DNA of 64,000 nucleotides. Origin: Gammaproteobacteria bacterium (GTDB lineage: Bacteria; Pseudomonadota; Gammaproteobacteria; Eutrophobiales; Eutrophobiaceae). A program made the position numbers and the translations under genes. The DNA is taken from contig CBDCTH010000012.1 of NCBI GenBank assembly GCA_965222155.1, forward strand, positions 3,200,001 to 3,264,000. Reading direction: 5' to 3'. This document shows positions 38,723-48,459 of the stretch, piece by piece. Each line of letters begins with the position of its first letter. Within the stretch, counting starts at the first letter, position 1. The notes beneath the pieces are model-generated. The model was given only the letters and a program-made list of their open reading frames with translations. It ran no database searches and was not told the origin of the DNA.

Positions 38723-40183
38723 ATGACAGTTGATTTGCTGATTAAGGACGTAAGAGTAGTCAAACCGCACAGTCTCTCGGTTGAAACTGCGGATATAGCC
38801 ATATCTGATGGTATGTTCAGCCGAATTGCACCGAATATCGACCCGGCGACGGCGCGTGAGGTGGTGGACGGCAGGCAACGCCTGGCATTCCCCGGTGTCA
38901 TCGATGCCCACATGCATACGGGGATTTATGCGCCCTTGGCTGAAGACGCGGTCAGTGAAAGCCGTGCGGCGGCCATGGGCGGCGTCACATCCAGCCTGAA
39001 TTATATGCGCACCGGCAAGTATTACCTGAACAGGAGCGGTCCCTACCGTGAGTTTTTCCCACAGGTGTTAGCCGGGTCCGAGGGGCGGTTCCACGTGGAT
39101 TATGCCTACCACCTGGCGCCGATGATGGCGGCGCACATCGCTGAAATCGACGAACTGATAGACCGCTTCGGCGTGACTTCATTCAAGATTTTCATGTTTT
39201 ACGGTTCTCACGGCTTGCACGGAAAATCCGACGATCAAAGCGATTTTCTCATGATCGGCAAGGATGAACGTTATGATTTCGCCCACTTCGAGTTTGTCAT
39301 GCGCGGTATTCGCAAGGCCATGGACCGCTTTCCCGACAAGGCGCAACAGATCAGTCTGAGCATGCACTGTGAAACAGCGGAAATCATGCGGGCCTACACG
39401 CGCCTGGTCGAGGAGGAAGGCCGGCTCAGCGGTCTGCCCGCCTACCATGCCTCGCGTCCGCCCCACTCTGAAGGACTGGCCATATTCATTGCCTCTTACC
39501 TGGCCCACGAAACGGACTGTGTGAATATCAACCTGCTGCACTTGTCTTCCCGCAAGGCGGTGGAGGCCGCACTGTTGATGGCGGAGGCGTTTCCCCACAT
39601 CAACTTCCGGCGCGAGGTGACCATAGGCCATCTCATGCTGGATACGGCTGCTGAGTGCGGTCCCCTGGCCAAGGTCAATCCGCCGATTCGCCCTCGTGCG
39701 GACGTGGAATACCTGTGGGAAATGCTGCTGGACGGGAAACTGGACTGGGTGGTAAGCGATCATGCCTGCTGCCGGCACGAACTGAAGGTTGACGGCGCCG
39801 AGCCGGGCAACGTGTTTCTGGCAAAATCCGGGTTTGGCGGTACGGAATACCTGCTCCCTGCGCTGATCAGCGCAGGAACCCGCAGGGGAATGAGCCTGAA
39901 TCATATCGCCGAGTTATCCAGTTATAACCCGGCAAGGCGTTTCGGTTTGAACGGCAAGGGCGATATCGCACCCGGCTGTGACGCCGATCTGGTTCTGGTC
40001 GATCCCGGTGAAAGCTGGATCGTGCGGGCACAGGAATCTCCCTCCACCCAGGGTTACACCCCTTTCGAAGGAATAGAATTATCGGCGCGGGTGAAGCAGA
40101 CCTGGCTGCGCGGCCGCTTGATCTATGACGGCAACATAGTCGGCGAACCCGCCGGAAAATACCTTAATCGGCCTTACCGGTAA
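38723..40183 (+). CDS. Cyclic amidohydrolase (dihydroorotase/allantoinase/hydantoinase family)
   Basis: PGVIDAHMH, SFKIF, HCE, KVNPPIR, SDHA, NPARRFGL. Confidence 0.9.
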   Translation: MTVDLLIKDVRVVKPHSLSVETADIAISDGMFSRIAPNIDPATAREVVDGRQRLAFPGVIDAHMHTGIYAPLAEDAVSESRAAAMGGVTSSLNYMRTGKYYLNRSGPYREFFPQVLAGSEGRFHVDYAYHLAPMMAAHIAEIDELIDRFGVTSFKIFMFYGSHGLHGKSDDQSDFLMIGKDERYDFAHFEFVMRGIRKAMDRFPDKAQQISLSMHCETAEIMRAYTRLVEEEGRLSGLPAYHASRPPHSEGLAIFIASYLAHETDCVNINLLHLSSRKAVEAALLMAEAFPHINFRREVTIGHLMLDTAAECGPLAKVNPPIRPRADVEYLWEMLLDGKLDWVVSDHACCRHELKVDGAEPGNVFLAKSGFGGTEYLLPALISAGTRRGMSLNHIAELSSYNPARRFGLNGKGDIAPGCDADLVLVDPGESWIVRAQESPSTQGYTPFEGIELSARVKQTWLRGRLIYDGNIVGEPAGKYLNRPYR

Positions 40184-40201
40184 ATGGTGGAACGGAATAT
40201 G

Positions 40202-40972
40202 TTACTTCAGTGTAAGCGACATGCGGTACTGGAACCGGTCAGGGTTGTAGACGGCGCTCAAATGATCCACCTGTTTCCCGTCCTCAGCAAACGAACGCCG
40301 TATGAGTTTCAGCAACGGTTTCCCCGGCACAATACCAAGGGCATTGGCAGCAGACGGCAACGCGGCTTCCGCGCTCAGGGTCTGCTCGGCGCGGGCTATT
40401 TTCACCCCGTATTTCCGCAGCAGTTCCAGCCGCGGGTGTTTTTCCAGCGCCTGTTTCCGGATGGACTTGTCAAACCCGAGCGACCAGCTTTCGTAGTAGG
40501 CAAACGGCAGCTCGCGGTTGCTCCTTATACGCACCATGTGGCACAGCAACTGCTCGTCGGAAATGCCGAATTCATCAATGATATGCGCTGGCGGGCGTAT
40601 AAAACGCAGGCTCAGCATTTTGATTTTCGTTTCCCTGCCCATGTGCTCCAGGCTTTCCAGCGCGTCAGTCAGCGGTGCATTGAGCAATTCCGGGTGATAG
40701 TGGTAATTTACAAACGTGCCGCGGCCGCGCTGGCGCGCAACCAGATCTTCCGCCGCAAGGTCATCCAGGGCGCGTCTTGCAGTGATGCGGGATACCTTGA
40801 AGGTGGTGGACAATTCCTTTTCGGACGGCATTCTGGAACCGTCTTCCAGTACGCCCCCGAGGATACAGTCCCGCAACATGGAATAAAGCTGATGATACAA
40901 CGGCGTAGGCGAGCCCGGATCCAGGACCCCGTGGTGATATTTGCTAAGCAGTGTCAGCGTTGCGTCCATCAT
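40202..40972 (-). CDS. GntR family regulator with UTRA domain (HutC subfamily)
   Basis: PLYHQL, PSEKEL, VSRITARRAL, GRGTFV, UTRA-type C-terminus. Confidence 0.95.
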   Translation of the reverse strand: MMDATLTLLSKYHHGVLDPGSPTPLYHQLYSMLRDCILGGVLEDGSRMPSEKELSTTFKVSRITARRALDDLAAEDLVARQRGRGTFVNYHYHPELLNAPLTDALESLEHMGRETKIKMLSLRFIRPPAHIIDEFGISDEQLLCHMVRIRSNRELPFAYYESWSLGFDKSIRKQALEKHPRLELLRKYGVKIARAEQTLSAEAALPSAANALGIVPGKPLLKLIRRSFAEDGKQVDHLSAVYNPDRFQYRMSLTLK

Positions 40973-41110
40973 ACAGGCATCAGCTTGTTACAATATGCTT
41001 GAAAAATTACCAAAGTACATTGATATAGCGATAAGATCAATCGCTTATACTTTGTGATCGAAAATCTTTATAATCAGGCCCATTAAACTACAACATGGGA
41101 GGCCAGAATC

Positions 41111-42285
41111 ATGCAGACCAGTGAATTGGAACAAAACAAACACGCTGTCTTACCGGAACCGACCCATGACGAACTTGCGCGGCAGCAGTTCGTACGTTCA
41201 TTCAAGGAGCATCTCGTTGCCCAGGTCCATCCGGGCAACCGGCTGGCGTATGAGAACAGGGTGAAACCGGCTTTTGTCAAGCAGCATGGGCGTGAGCCGG
41301 AAAGCCGTTTCGAGGTCCGTGACGTGATGACCGTAGACCCCCATTATCGCATGTTCAGCGCGCTGCTGCGTACCAGCCAGGAAATGATGTGGTCCGCTTC
41401 ACAGCAGCCGGTGCAGAGAAAGCTGGGGGAATTGGTGGAAAAGGCAAAAGCGACGGGAAACGCAGGGGGCAGCCTGAGGCTTGATCCCGACCTGGAAATA
41501 CCGCGTTACCACCAGGCCGTGGATATCCATTGCCAACCGGGCGGCTACCATACCGAGGTGACCGATGACGACGTCGCCCCCGGGGCAATCTATGACCGAG
41601 CAGTCTTTATTTATGCCATGGGACAGATGGGACCGGACAACGCGGATATGGGCGGCAGTACCGTTGCCTGGATCAAGGAGAATTACCCCGATTTCAACCC
41701 GGCGCGTATTCTGGATATGGGTTGTGCGGTAGGCCACAGCACGGTTCCCTATGCGCAGGCCTGGCCCGATGCGGAAGTGCGTGGTATCGATGTGGCCGCG
41801 CCCATGTTGCGTTATGCCCATGCGCGGGCGGAGTCCTTGGGCGCGAAAATACATTACTCCCAGCAGAACGCGGAAAAACGGACTTTGAAGACGCTTCGTT
41901 CGACCTGATCGTTTCCCATATCCTGTTACACGAAACCTCAGAGAAGGCGATCCGCCACGTTATTTCCGAGTGTCACCGTTTGTTGAGACCTGGAGGGTTG
42001 ATGGTCCGTGCGGAGACACCTCCCTATAAAAACCTGGAGCCATTCGATGCTTTCATGCTGGACTGAGATACCCGTAACAACAACGAACCGTTCTGGGGAC
42101 GCTCCCACGATATTGATTACGTCGAGTTGAGTGCGAATGCCGGCTTTGACCCGGAAACTGTATTCGAGGTCATGGCGCCCAGCGCCTACCAGATTGCCCA
42201 GGCTAGGCGCTCCAAGGTATTCCAGGGCGGGGATTTCGGCGGCGGCCTGTGGTTCCTGTATGGCGCTGAAAAGCAGGGGTCGTGA
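41111..42285 (+). pseudogene. Class I SAM methyltransferase, frameshift ~41875 and in-frame TGA 42064
   Basis: ILDMGCAVG, FDLIVSHILLHE, D*DTRNNNEPFW. Confidence 0.85.
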
Positions 42286-42290
42286 AGCCG

Positions 42291-42647
42291 ATGAGTGAGC
42301 AACCACAATTAAAACGCAAGGCCAAAGGCGAAAGACCGTATTTTTTTTCCGATCCCTCCATCGACAAATTACTGGCAATGCTGATGGGACTGGCGGGAGA
42401 AGTATCGGTGTTGCGCGACCGGCTGGATACCGTCGAACGACTGGCCGAACAGAATAAGTTATTCACCCGCTCGGAGATTGAGAATTACCAGCCGGACGAA
42501 ACCGCCCTCAGGGAACGCGCGCAGCGGCGCGCCATTCTGCTCGGAGAAGTCACGCGTATCATCCAGGCGGAACTGGAAGGGATGCAGGATGACGGCGAAA
42601 CCCCGTACAGCCAAGCGATGGAACTGGTGACAGGGGTGAATGACTGA
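42291..42647 (+). CDS. Conserved hypothetical protein
   Basis: AKGERPYFF.DP.IDKLL..LAGEVSVLRDRLDT.ERL; operonic with the methyltransferase. Confidence 0.75.
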   Translation: MSEQPQLKRKAKGERPYFFSDPSIDKLLAMLMGLAGEVSVLRDRLDTVERLAEQNKLFTRSEIENYQPDETALRERAQRRAILLGEVTRIIQAELEGMQDDGETPYSQAMELVTGVND

Positions 42648-42718
42648 TGAAGCGGGCAGAGGGAAGCGCTGACAGAGCAGTAATTACTCCTATCCGTAAA
42701 ATCAGGAAGTCTTGAGCC

Positions 42719-44780
42719 ATGAGTTATCGCCTGGGTGTTGACGTAGGCGGCACCTTCACAGACCTGTTACTGATCGATGAACAGAGCGGCGCGACCTTTA
42801 CGGCAAAAGTGCCGTCTACACCGGAAGATTCCTCCATCGGCGTGTTGAACGGGATTGCCCGTATTTGTGACACCAACAACATTGATGCCGGGAAAATAAA
42901 CCGCGTAATGCACGGCACCACCGTGGCGACCAATGCCGTGCTGACCGGTCGGGGCGCCAGGGTCGGTCTGGTCACGACCCGGGGTTACCGGCAGGTATTG
43001 CAGGTTGCCCGTTCATTTTGCCCGGGTGGCCTGGGCGGCTGGGTCAGTTACGTAAAGAAACCATTGCTTGCCCCCCTGGAATTAACCATAGAAGCCGCGG
43101 AACGTATTGACGCCAGGGGCAGGATCATCAGGGAGCTGGATGAGGAGGCCTTAAAACAGGATCTGGAAAGATTACGCGCAAGAGGTGAAGTGGAGTCATT
43201 GACCATCTGTTTCATCAACGCCTATATCAACGATGAAAATGAACGCCGCGCCGAAGCTGTGGCAAGCGAGATTTTCACCGGAATCCCCATCTCCATATCC
43301 AGCAAGGTCGTTCCCGAAATGCAGGAGTACGAGCGTACCGAAACCACGGTTGTCAACGCTTACGTCAGGCCTGAAGTATCGACCTATATCACCAACCTGC
43401 AAGCCGCCCTGATCGAGCAGATGGGCAGCGACGTTATCCTGTCTATCCTGCGTTCCGACGGCGGGCTGGCGTCGGGCCGGGCCTCGGCGCAATCACCGGT
43501 GAACATGCTGATGTCCGGCCCGGCCGGTGGGGTGACGGGCGCCCTGTATTTTTGCAGCCGGGCAGGATACGACAACATACTGACTTTCGATATGGGCGGC
43601 ACGTCAACAGACGTAGCCTTGATCCAGAACGGCAAAGCCCGGGTAAGGCGGGAAACCATCGTCGGCGACGTGCGCGTCAGGGCGCCGTCAGTCGACGTAC
43701 GTAGCGTCGGCGCCGGCGGCGGGTCAATCGCTTTTGTCCCGGAACTGACCCGGGCGCTACGGGTCGGCCCGCAATCCGCCGGGGCCGTTCCGGGTCCCGC
43801 GGCGTATATGAAAGGAGGAGAAGAACCCACGGTCTGCGACGCCAACGTGGTGCTGGGTTATCTTCCCGCAGATGTGCAACTGGGCGGCGCCATGGCGATT
43901 AACAAATCTGCCGCGCAGGCCGCAGTACAAAAGCTGGCGGACGCCATGGATATCAGCCTGATGGAGGCAGCCGAAGGGATCATAAAAATAGTGAATGAAT
44001 CCATGTTCGGGGCGTTGCGTCTGGTGTCCGTCGAACAGGGTTACGACCCCAGGGATTTCTCACTGGTCGGTTTCGGCGGCGCCGGTCCATTACATGCCAA
44101 TGCCCTGGGTATCCTGACCGGCTCCTGGCCCGTCATTATCCCGCCCGGTCCCGGTGTCCTGTGCGCCTATGGCGATGCGACCACACAGGTCCAGGATGAG
44201 GCGGCGCGCACCTATATCACCATGGCGGAGGACACCAACACGAAGAATCTTCTCACAGACCTCAAATCCCTGCGACAACGGGCTTCCGAGTCCCTGATCG
44301 CCGATGGGGTCTCGGAGCAGGAGCTGGAAGCGGTCTACCAGGCAGACCTGCGTTACACCGGACAGGCTTACCAGATCACCCTCGATTTCACTGAAGAAGA
44401 ACTGGCAGGCGGCGGCATTCTCAGCCTGACCGGACGCTTTGATGCCGAACACAAACACCTGTTCACTTTTGACCTGGGTGAAGGCCATGAGATCGTAATG
44501 ATTAGAGCCATAGTCAGGGTTAAATCCAGCCATGGCCGAACTGGAGACCAGCAAAACGGAGACCCGGCTGGAAGACTGCAAGGTGCATGACAGCCGCTAT
44601 TATTACGAAGGCACGTGGCATGACGCAGTCATCTATGCGCGGGATAAACTGCATGAAGGATTAATCGTTCCGGGTCCGGCCGTGATTTCCGAGATGGACT
44701 CCACAACTTTGGTGCTGCCCGGCTACCAGGCGGGAGTGGATGCCCTGGGGAACCTGATAATCAACCCTGTGGCCGGCTAA
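42719..44780 (+). pseudogene. Hydantoinase A/oxoprolinase subunit, frameshift ~44530
   Basis: GVDVGGTFTD, HGTTVATNA, SGPAGG, DMGGTSTD; C-terminal GPAVISEMDSTT in another frame. Confidence 0.88.
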
Positions 44781-44798
44781 CTGAGCGGGATAGAGTCT

Positions 44799-46658
44799 AT
44801 GACTGGAAGAATCATCGAGCATAACAGTACGCCCTTGCAACGCGTCCCGGTCGATACGGTGACTGTGGACATTATTGAAAACGCGTTACGCAACGTGCGC
44901 GTTGAAATGGACGCGGTGCTGTTCCGCACCGCCATGTCTCCCGGCATCCGCGAGCAGGGTGATTGCTTTCCCATGGTGGCGAACCGCGACGGCAAAATGG
45001 TAGTCGGTCAATTCGGATCATTTATCCACGGACTGATGGCAGCCTATGAGGGAGAGATCGAAGAAGGCGATATCATACTCACCAACGACCCGTATATGTG
45101 CGGCGCCGCGGTATCCCATTTGCCTGACTGGATAGTATTGGTGCCCATATTCAAGGAGCGGAGGCATATCGCCTGGTCCGCCATGTTCGGTCACATGTCG
45201 GATAACGGCGGGATGACACCGGGGAGTATCCCGGTACAGGCAACCACCATATTTCAGGAGGGCATCCGCATTCCCCCTACCAGGTTGTATAAAAAAGGTG
45301 AGTTGCAATCCGATATTCTCGAACTGATATTGCACAACGTGCGCACGCCGCAATGGAACCGGTTTGACCTGAATGCCCTGGTCGCCGCCTGTAATACCGC
45401 GGCCCGGCGTTGCAACGAACTGGCCGAACGCTTTGGCGATGACGTATTTTACTCCACTATGGAACTGATGCTGGAGCGCAACCATGCCGCCATGAAGCAG
45501 ATCATCGAAATGATCGTGCCGGAAGAGCCGCGTACGTTCGAAGACTATGTTTGTGATGACGGGGTGGGCAGCGGGCCTTACAAAATCAAGTGCAGCCTGT
45601 GGCGCGAAGGTTCCCGGGCCGTATTCGATTTTGCCGGTACCGACCCGCAGGCGAAAAGCTCGATTAATTTCTTCCTGAGCGAGGATATGTTCAGGATGTT
45701 TTTCGGCGCGTTCACCATCAACCTGTTCGACCCGCAGATCCTTTTCAATGACGGGTTTTACGACCTGGTCGAGGTGCGTATCCCCCCGGGTTCGTTGCTG
45801 AAACCGACATACCCTGCGGCCCTGTCCGGCCGCACCCATGCTTTGGGACGGATTTTCGACGTGATGGGGGGATTACTGGGACAGGGTGTACCGGAAGCCC
45901 TGAACGCGGCAGGTTTTTCCGACAGTCCCCACCTGTTTTATTCCGGCTACGACGATAACGGTGAATGGTTCCAGTTATTCCAGATAGGATTCGGCGGCAT
46001 CCCCGGCAGACCTGCCGGTGATGGCCCTGACGGCCATTCCCTGTGGCCAGGTTTTACCAACGTGCCGAATGAGTTTATCGAGGCCTATTTCCCCTTGTGC
46101 ATTGAAAAGTATGAGCCGATAGCCGATTCAGGCGGCGCTGGCCTGCACCGCGGCGGCAATGGCCTGAGCGTGGCCTACCGGTTTCTGTGTGACGGTACTA
46201 TCGCCATACACGATGAACGCTGGCTGACCTATCCCTGGGGTGTCAACGGCGGGGAACCGGGACAACGCTCCAGCAAACTCCTGGTGCGGGTGGATGGCAG
46301 CGAACAATGGTTGCCATCCAAATGCGAAGGGATTGAGGTGAAAGTCGGCGACATATTGTATTTCAACACCTGGGGCGGCGGAGGCTGGGGTGATCCCTAC
46401 CGGCGCGACCCTGAAGTCGTCCGGCTTGACGTGGAAAGAGGGATGGTCAGCACCACGGGAGCAAGACGTTACGGCGTGGTATTGAAAGATGACGGCAGTG
46501 TCGATGAACAAGCCACCAGCGTCTTGCGCGCACAGCTTATTGCACAACGGGGCGAACCAGGCATGTTCAATTTCGGCGGAACCATCGAAGAGATAAAAGC
46601 CAGAGCTCTGGAAGAAACCCACCTGCCGCCGCCTGTAACCCCGGTCCCCGACAATTAA
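44799..46658 (+). CDS. Hydantoinase B/oxoprolinase subunit
   Basis: NDPY, HLPD, GHMSD, QEG, DSGGAG.HRGG, GGGGWGDP. Confidence 0.93.
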   Translation: MTGRIIEHNSTPLQRVPVDTVTVDIIENALRNVRVEMDAVLFRTAMSPGIREQGDCFPMVANRDGKMVVGQFGSFIHGLMAAYEGEIEEGDIILTNDPYMCGAAVSHLPDWIVLVPIFKERRHIAWSAMFGHMSDNGGMTPGSIPVQATTIFQEGIRIPPTRLYKKGELQSDILELILHNVRTPQWNRFDLNALVAACNTAARRCNELAERFGDDVFYSTMELMLERNHAAMKQIIEMIVPEEPRTFEDYVCDDGVGSGPYKIKCSLWREGSRAVFDFAGTDPQAKSSINFFLSEDMFRMFFGAFTINLFDPQILFNDGFYDLVEVRIPPGSLLKPTYPAALSGRTHALGRIFDVMGGLLGQGVPEALNAAGFSDSPHLFYSGYDDNGEWFQLFQIGFGGIPGRPAGDGPDGHSLWPGFTNVPNEFIEAYFPLCIEKYEPIADSGGAGLHRGGNGLSVAYRFLCDGTIAIHDERWLTYPWGVNGGEPGQRSSKLLVRVDGSEQWLPSKCEGIEVKVGDILYFNTWGGGGWGDPYRRDPEVVRLDVERGMVSTTGARRYGVVLKDDGSVDEQATSVLRAQLIAQRGEPGMFNFGGTIEEIKARALEETHLPPPVTPVPDN

Positions 46659-46693
46659 GTGAAATCCAGGGCGGGAATCCACCCGCAAGCTCA

Positions 46694-47951
46694 ATGAAGA
46701 GGAATACCCGGTATGCACTGGCACTGCTGTTTATGGTGTCGTTCTTCAACTACATGGACCGTTATATGCTGGCCGTGCTGCTACCGGCGATTAAGACAGA
46801 CCTTCAGTTGAGCGATACGGAAATCGGCTTCATCACCGGATTGGCGTTTACCTTGTTCTACGCAACCATGGGTATTCCCATAGCAAGGTTGGCTGATCGT
46901 TACAGCCGTAAAAATATTATTGCCATCGCTCTGTCGGTCTGGAGCGTCATGACCGCGCTATGCGGCCTGGCGCAGAATTTCGTACAACTGGCCGTTGCCA
47001 GGATCATGGTCGGCGTGGGAGAAGCAGGCGCCAGCCCCCCGTCGCATTCCCTGATTGCCGATTTGTTTCCCGTCGAAAAACGCGCCAGGGCGCTTTCCAT
47101 TTATACCCTGGGCGCGCCGGCCGGTGGGCATATTAGTCGGGTTTTTACTGGGAGGCTGGATCACCCAGCTCTACGGCTGGCGCGCCGCGCTGTTTACGGT
47201 CGGCATACCGGGCATTCTGCTGGCGCTGCTGGTTTATCGCAAACTGGATGAGCCGGAGAGAGGCGCGGTAGACGGTCTGTCACGGAAAACGGAAGTGCAG
47301 CCTTTCTGGTTTTCATTAAGAACCCTGATGGCGAGCCCGACTTTCCGTCACCTGTCGTTTGCAACCGGTTTGTACACGGTGCTCTGGCTGGGTGTCGTAC
47401 AATGGTTGCCGTCTTTTTTCACCCGGTCATTCGGACTTGGGATCGGTGAGGTCGGTACCTGGCTGGCGATTATCCTGAGCTCGTCCCAGCTCATCGGCAT
47501 GTTGACCGGCGGCTATCTCGCCGACCGGTTGGGCGCAAGTGATTTGCGCTGGTACGTATGGGTTCCCTCTCTTGCCATACTCGTATCCACTCCCATGTTT
47601 GCCTTGACCTTTCTCACGCAAAATCCGACGCTGTCTTTTCTGTCATTATTCCTGCCTTTCATGATCGGGGTCATGCAGGGCCCGCCGAGCTTTGCCGTAG
47701 CCCAGGGCCTGGCCGACGTGAGAATGCGCGCCATGGCGGCCGCGTTATTGTTACTGATCACCAACCTCGTAGGCGGCGGCATCGGCCCCCAGGCGGTGGG
47801 AATAATGAGTGATTACCTGGCTGCTCAATATAACGAGGATTCCCTGCGCTACTCACTGCTCGCAATCAGCCTGGTTTTCGGCCTGTGGTCGTCCCTGCAC
47901 TATTTCCTGGCAGGGAAAACCATACGCCGGGAGTTTAACAGGCCGGAATAG
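46694..47951 (+). pseudogene. MFS transporter (spinster-like), frameshifted by a CCGG duplication at 47117-47124
   Basis: NYMDR, ARLADRYSRK, GVGEA; removing 4 bp restores APVGILVG. Confidence 0.88.
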
Positions 47952-48134
47952 CGAAAACCGTTTAATTCACCTTCTTTTTTTACTACAATGCCAGCCCTGA
48001 TGAATACTAGCCCGCATTTCTCACCAGTTCGCTTGTGGTCATCGGCTATTTGTTTGCTGTCAATACGTTATGATAACCTGCTCACTATATCGACACAACA
48101 GACTGCGCTTGATGCGCCCTCGCTTGTCTTTTTG

Positions 48135-48206
48135 ATGCGCTCCATCCCTGGAGCGCCCCCTTCGGGCACTCTTCGAGTGTCCAAATCCATTCCAGATGGA
48201 TTTGTG
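48135..48206 (+). repeat. 72-bp four-hairpin element, copy 1 (TG core)
   Basis: TG at 48133 and 48205; stems GCGCTCC/GGAGCGC and CAAATCCAT/ATGGATTTG. Confidence 0.85.
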
Positions 48207-48226
48207 CCGCCAGCGGGCACGTGTTC

Positions 48227-48298
48227 ATTGCGCCCATCCCTGGGCGCAACCCTGCGGGCGGCTGTCGCCGTGCAAATTGTCTGTCCTGACAATTTGTC
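48227..48298 (+). repeat. 72-bp four-hairpin element, copy 2 (TC core)
   Basis: TC at 48225 and 48297; close match to 56571-56642. Confidence 0.9.
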
Positions 48299-48349
48299 CC
48301 TCAACCAGAGCTACGGCTATGCTTTCGGTCGCAGGCACCCGCTGGCGGT

Positions 48350-48421
48350 CACAAATCTGCCAGGAGCAGATTTGGACGCCCGCAGGGCGCCCGTAGGGGG
48401 TGCGCCAGGGAAGGCGCACAT
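48350..48421 (-). repeat. 72-bp four-hairpin element, copy 3 (TG core, reversed)
   Basis: CA at 48350 and 48422; same hairpin layout on the minus strand. Confidence 0.85.
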
Positions 48422-48459
48422 CAAAAATCCTGCGCGATCATCGCATCACCTGGTGAGAA

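Noticed and set aside
6344-42066. TGA reassigned to Trp (genetic code 4) or to selenocysteine
   Set aside because: TGA terminates many genes at their expected ends (mazF, parA, GT4, dctM), TGG is used throughout, TAG/TAA stops and frameshifts also occur, and the positions correspond to Trp rather than Cys
9493-45839. Long antisense ORFs (9493-10437, 19315-20160, 39179-39904, 40184-41002, 45018-45839)
   Set aside because: Shadow frames opposite well-supported genes in GC-rich DNA; no motifs
48135-48421. 72-bp multi-hairpin units as tRNA genes
   Set aside because: No acceptor stem, D-loop GG, T-loop GTTCRA or CCA end
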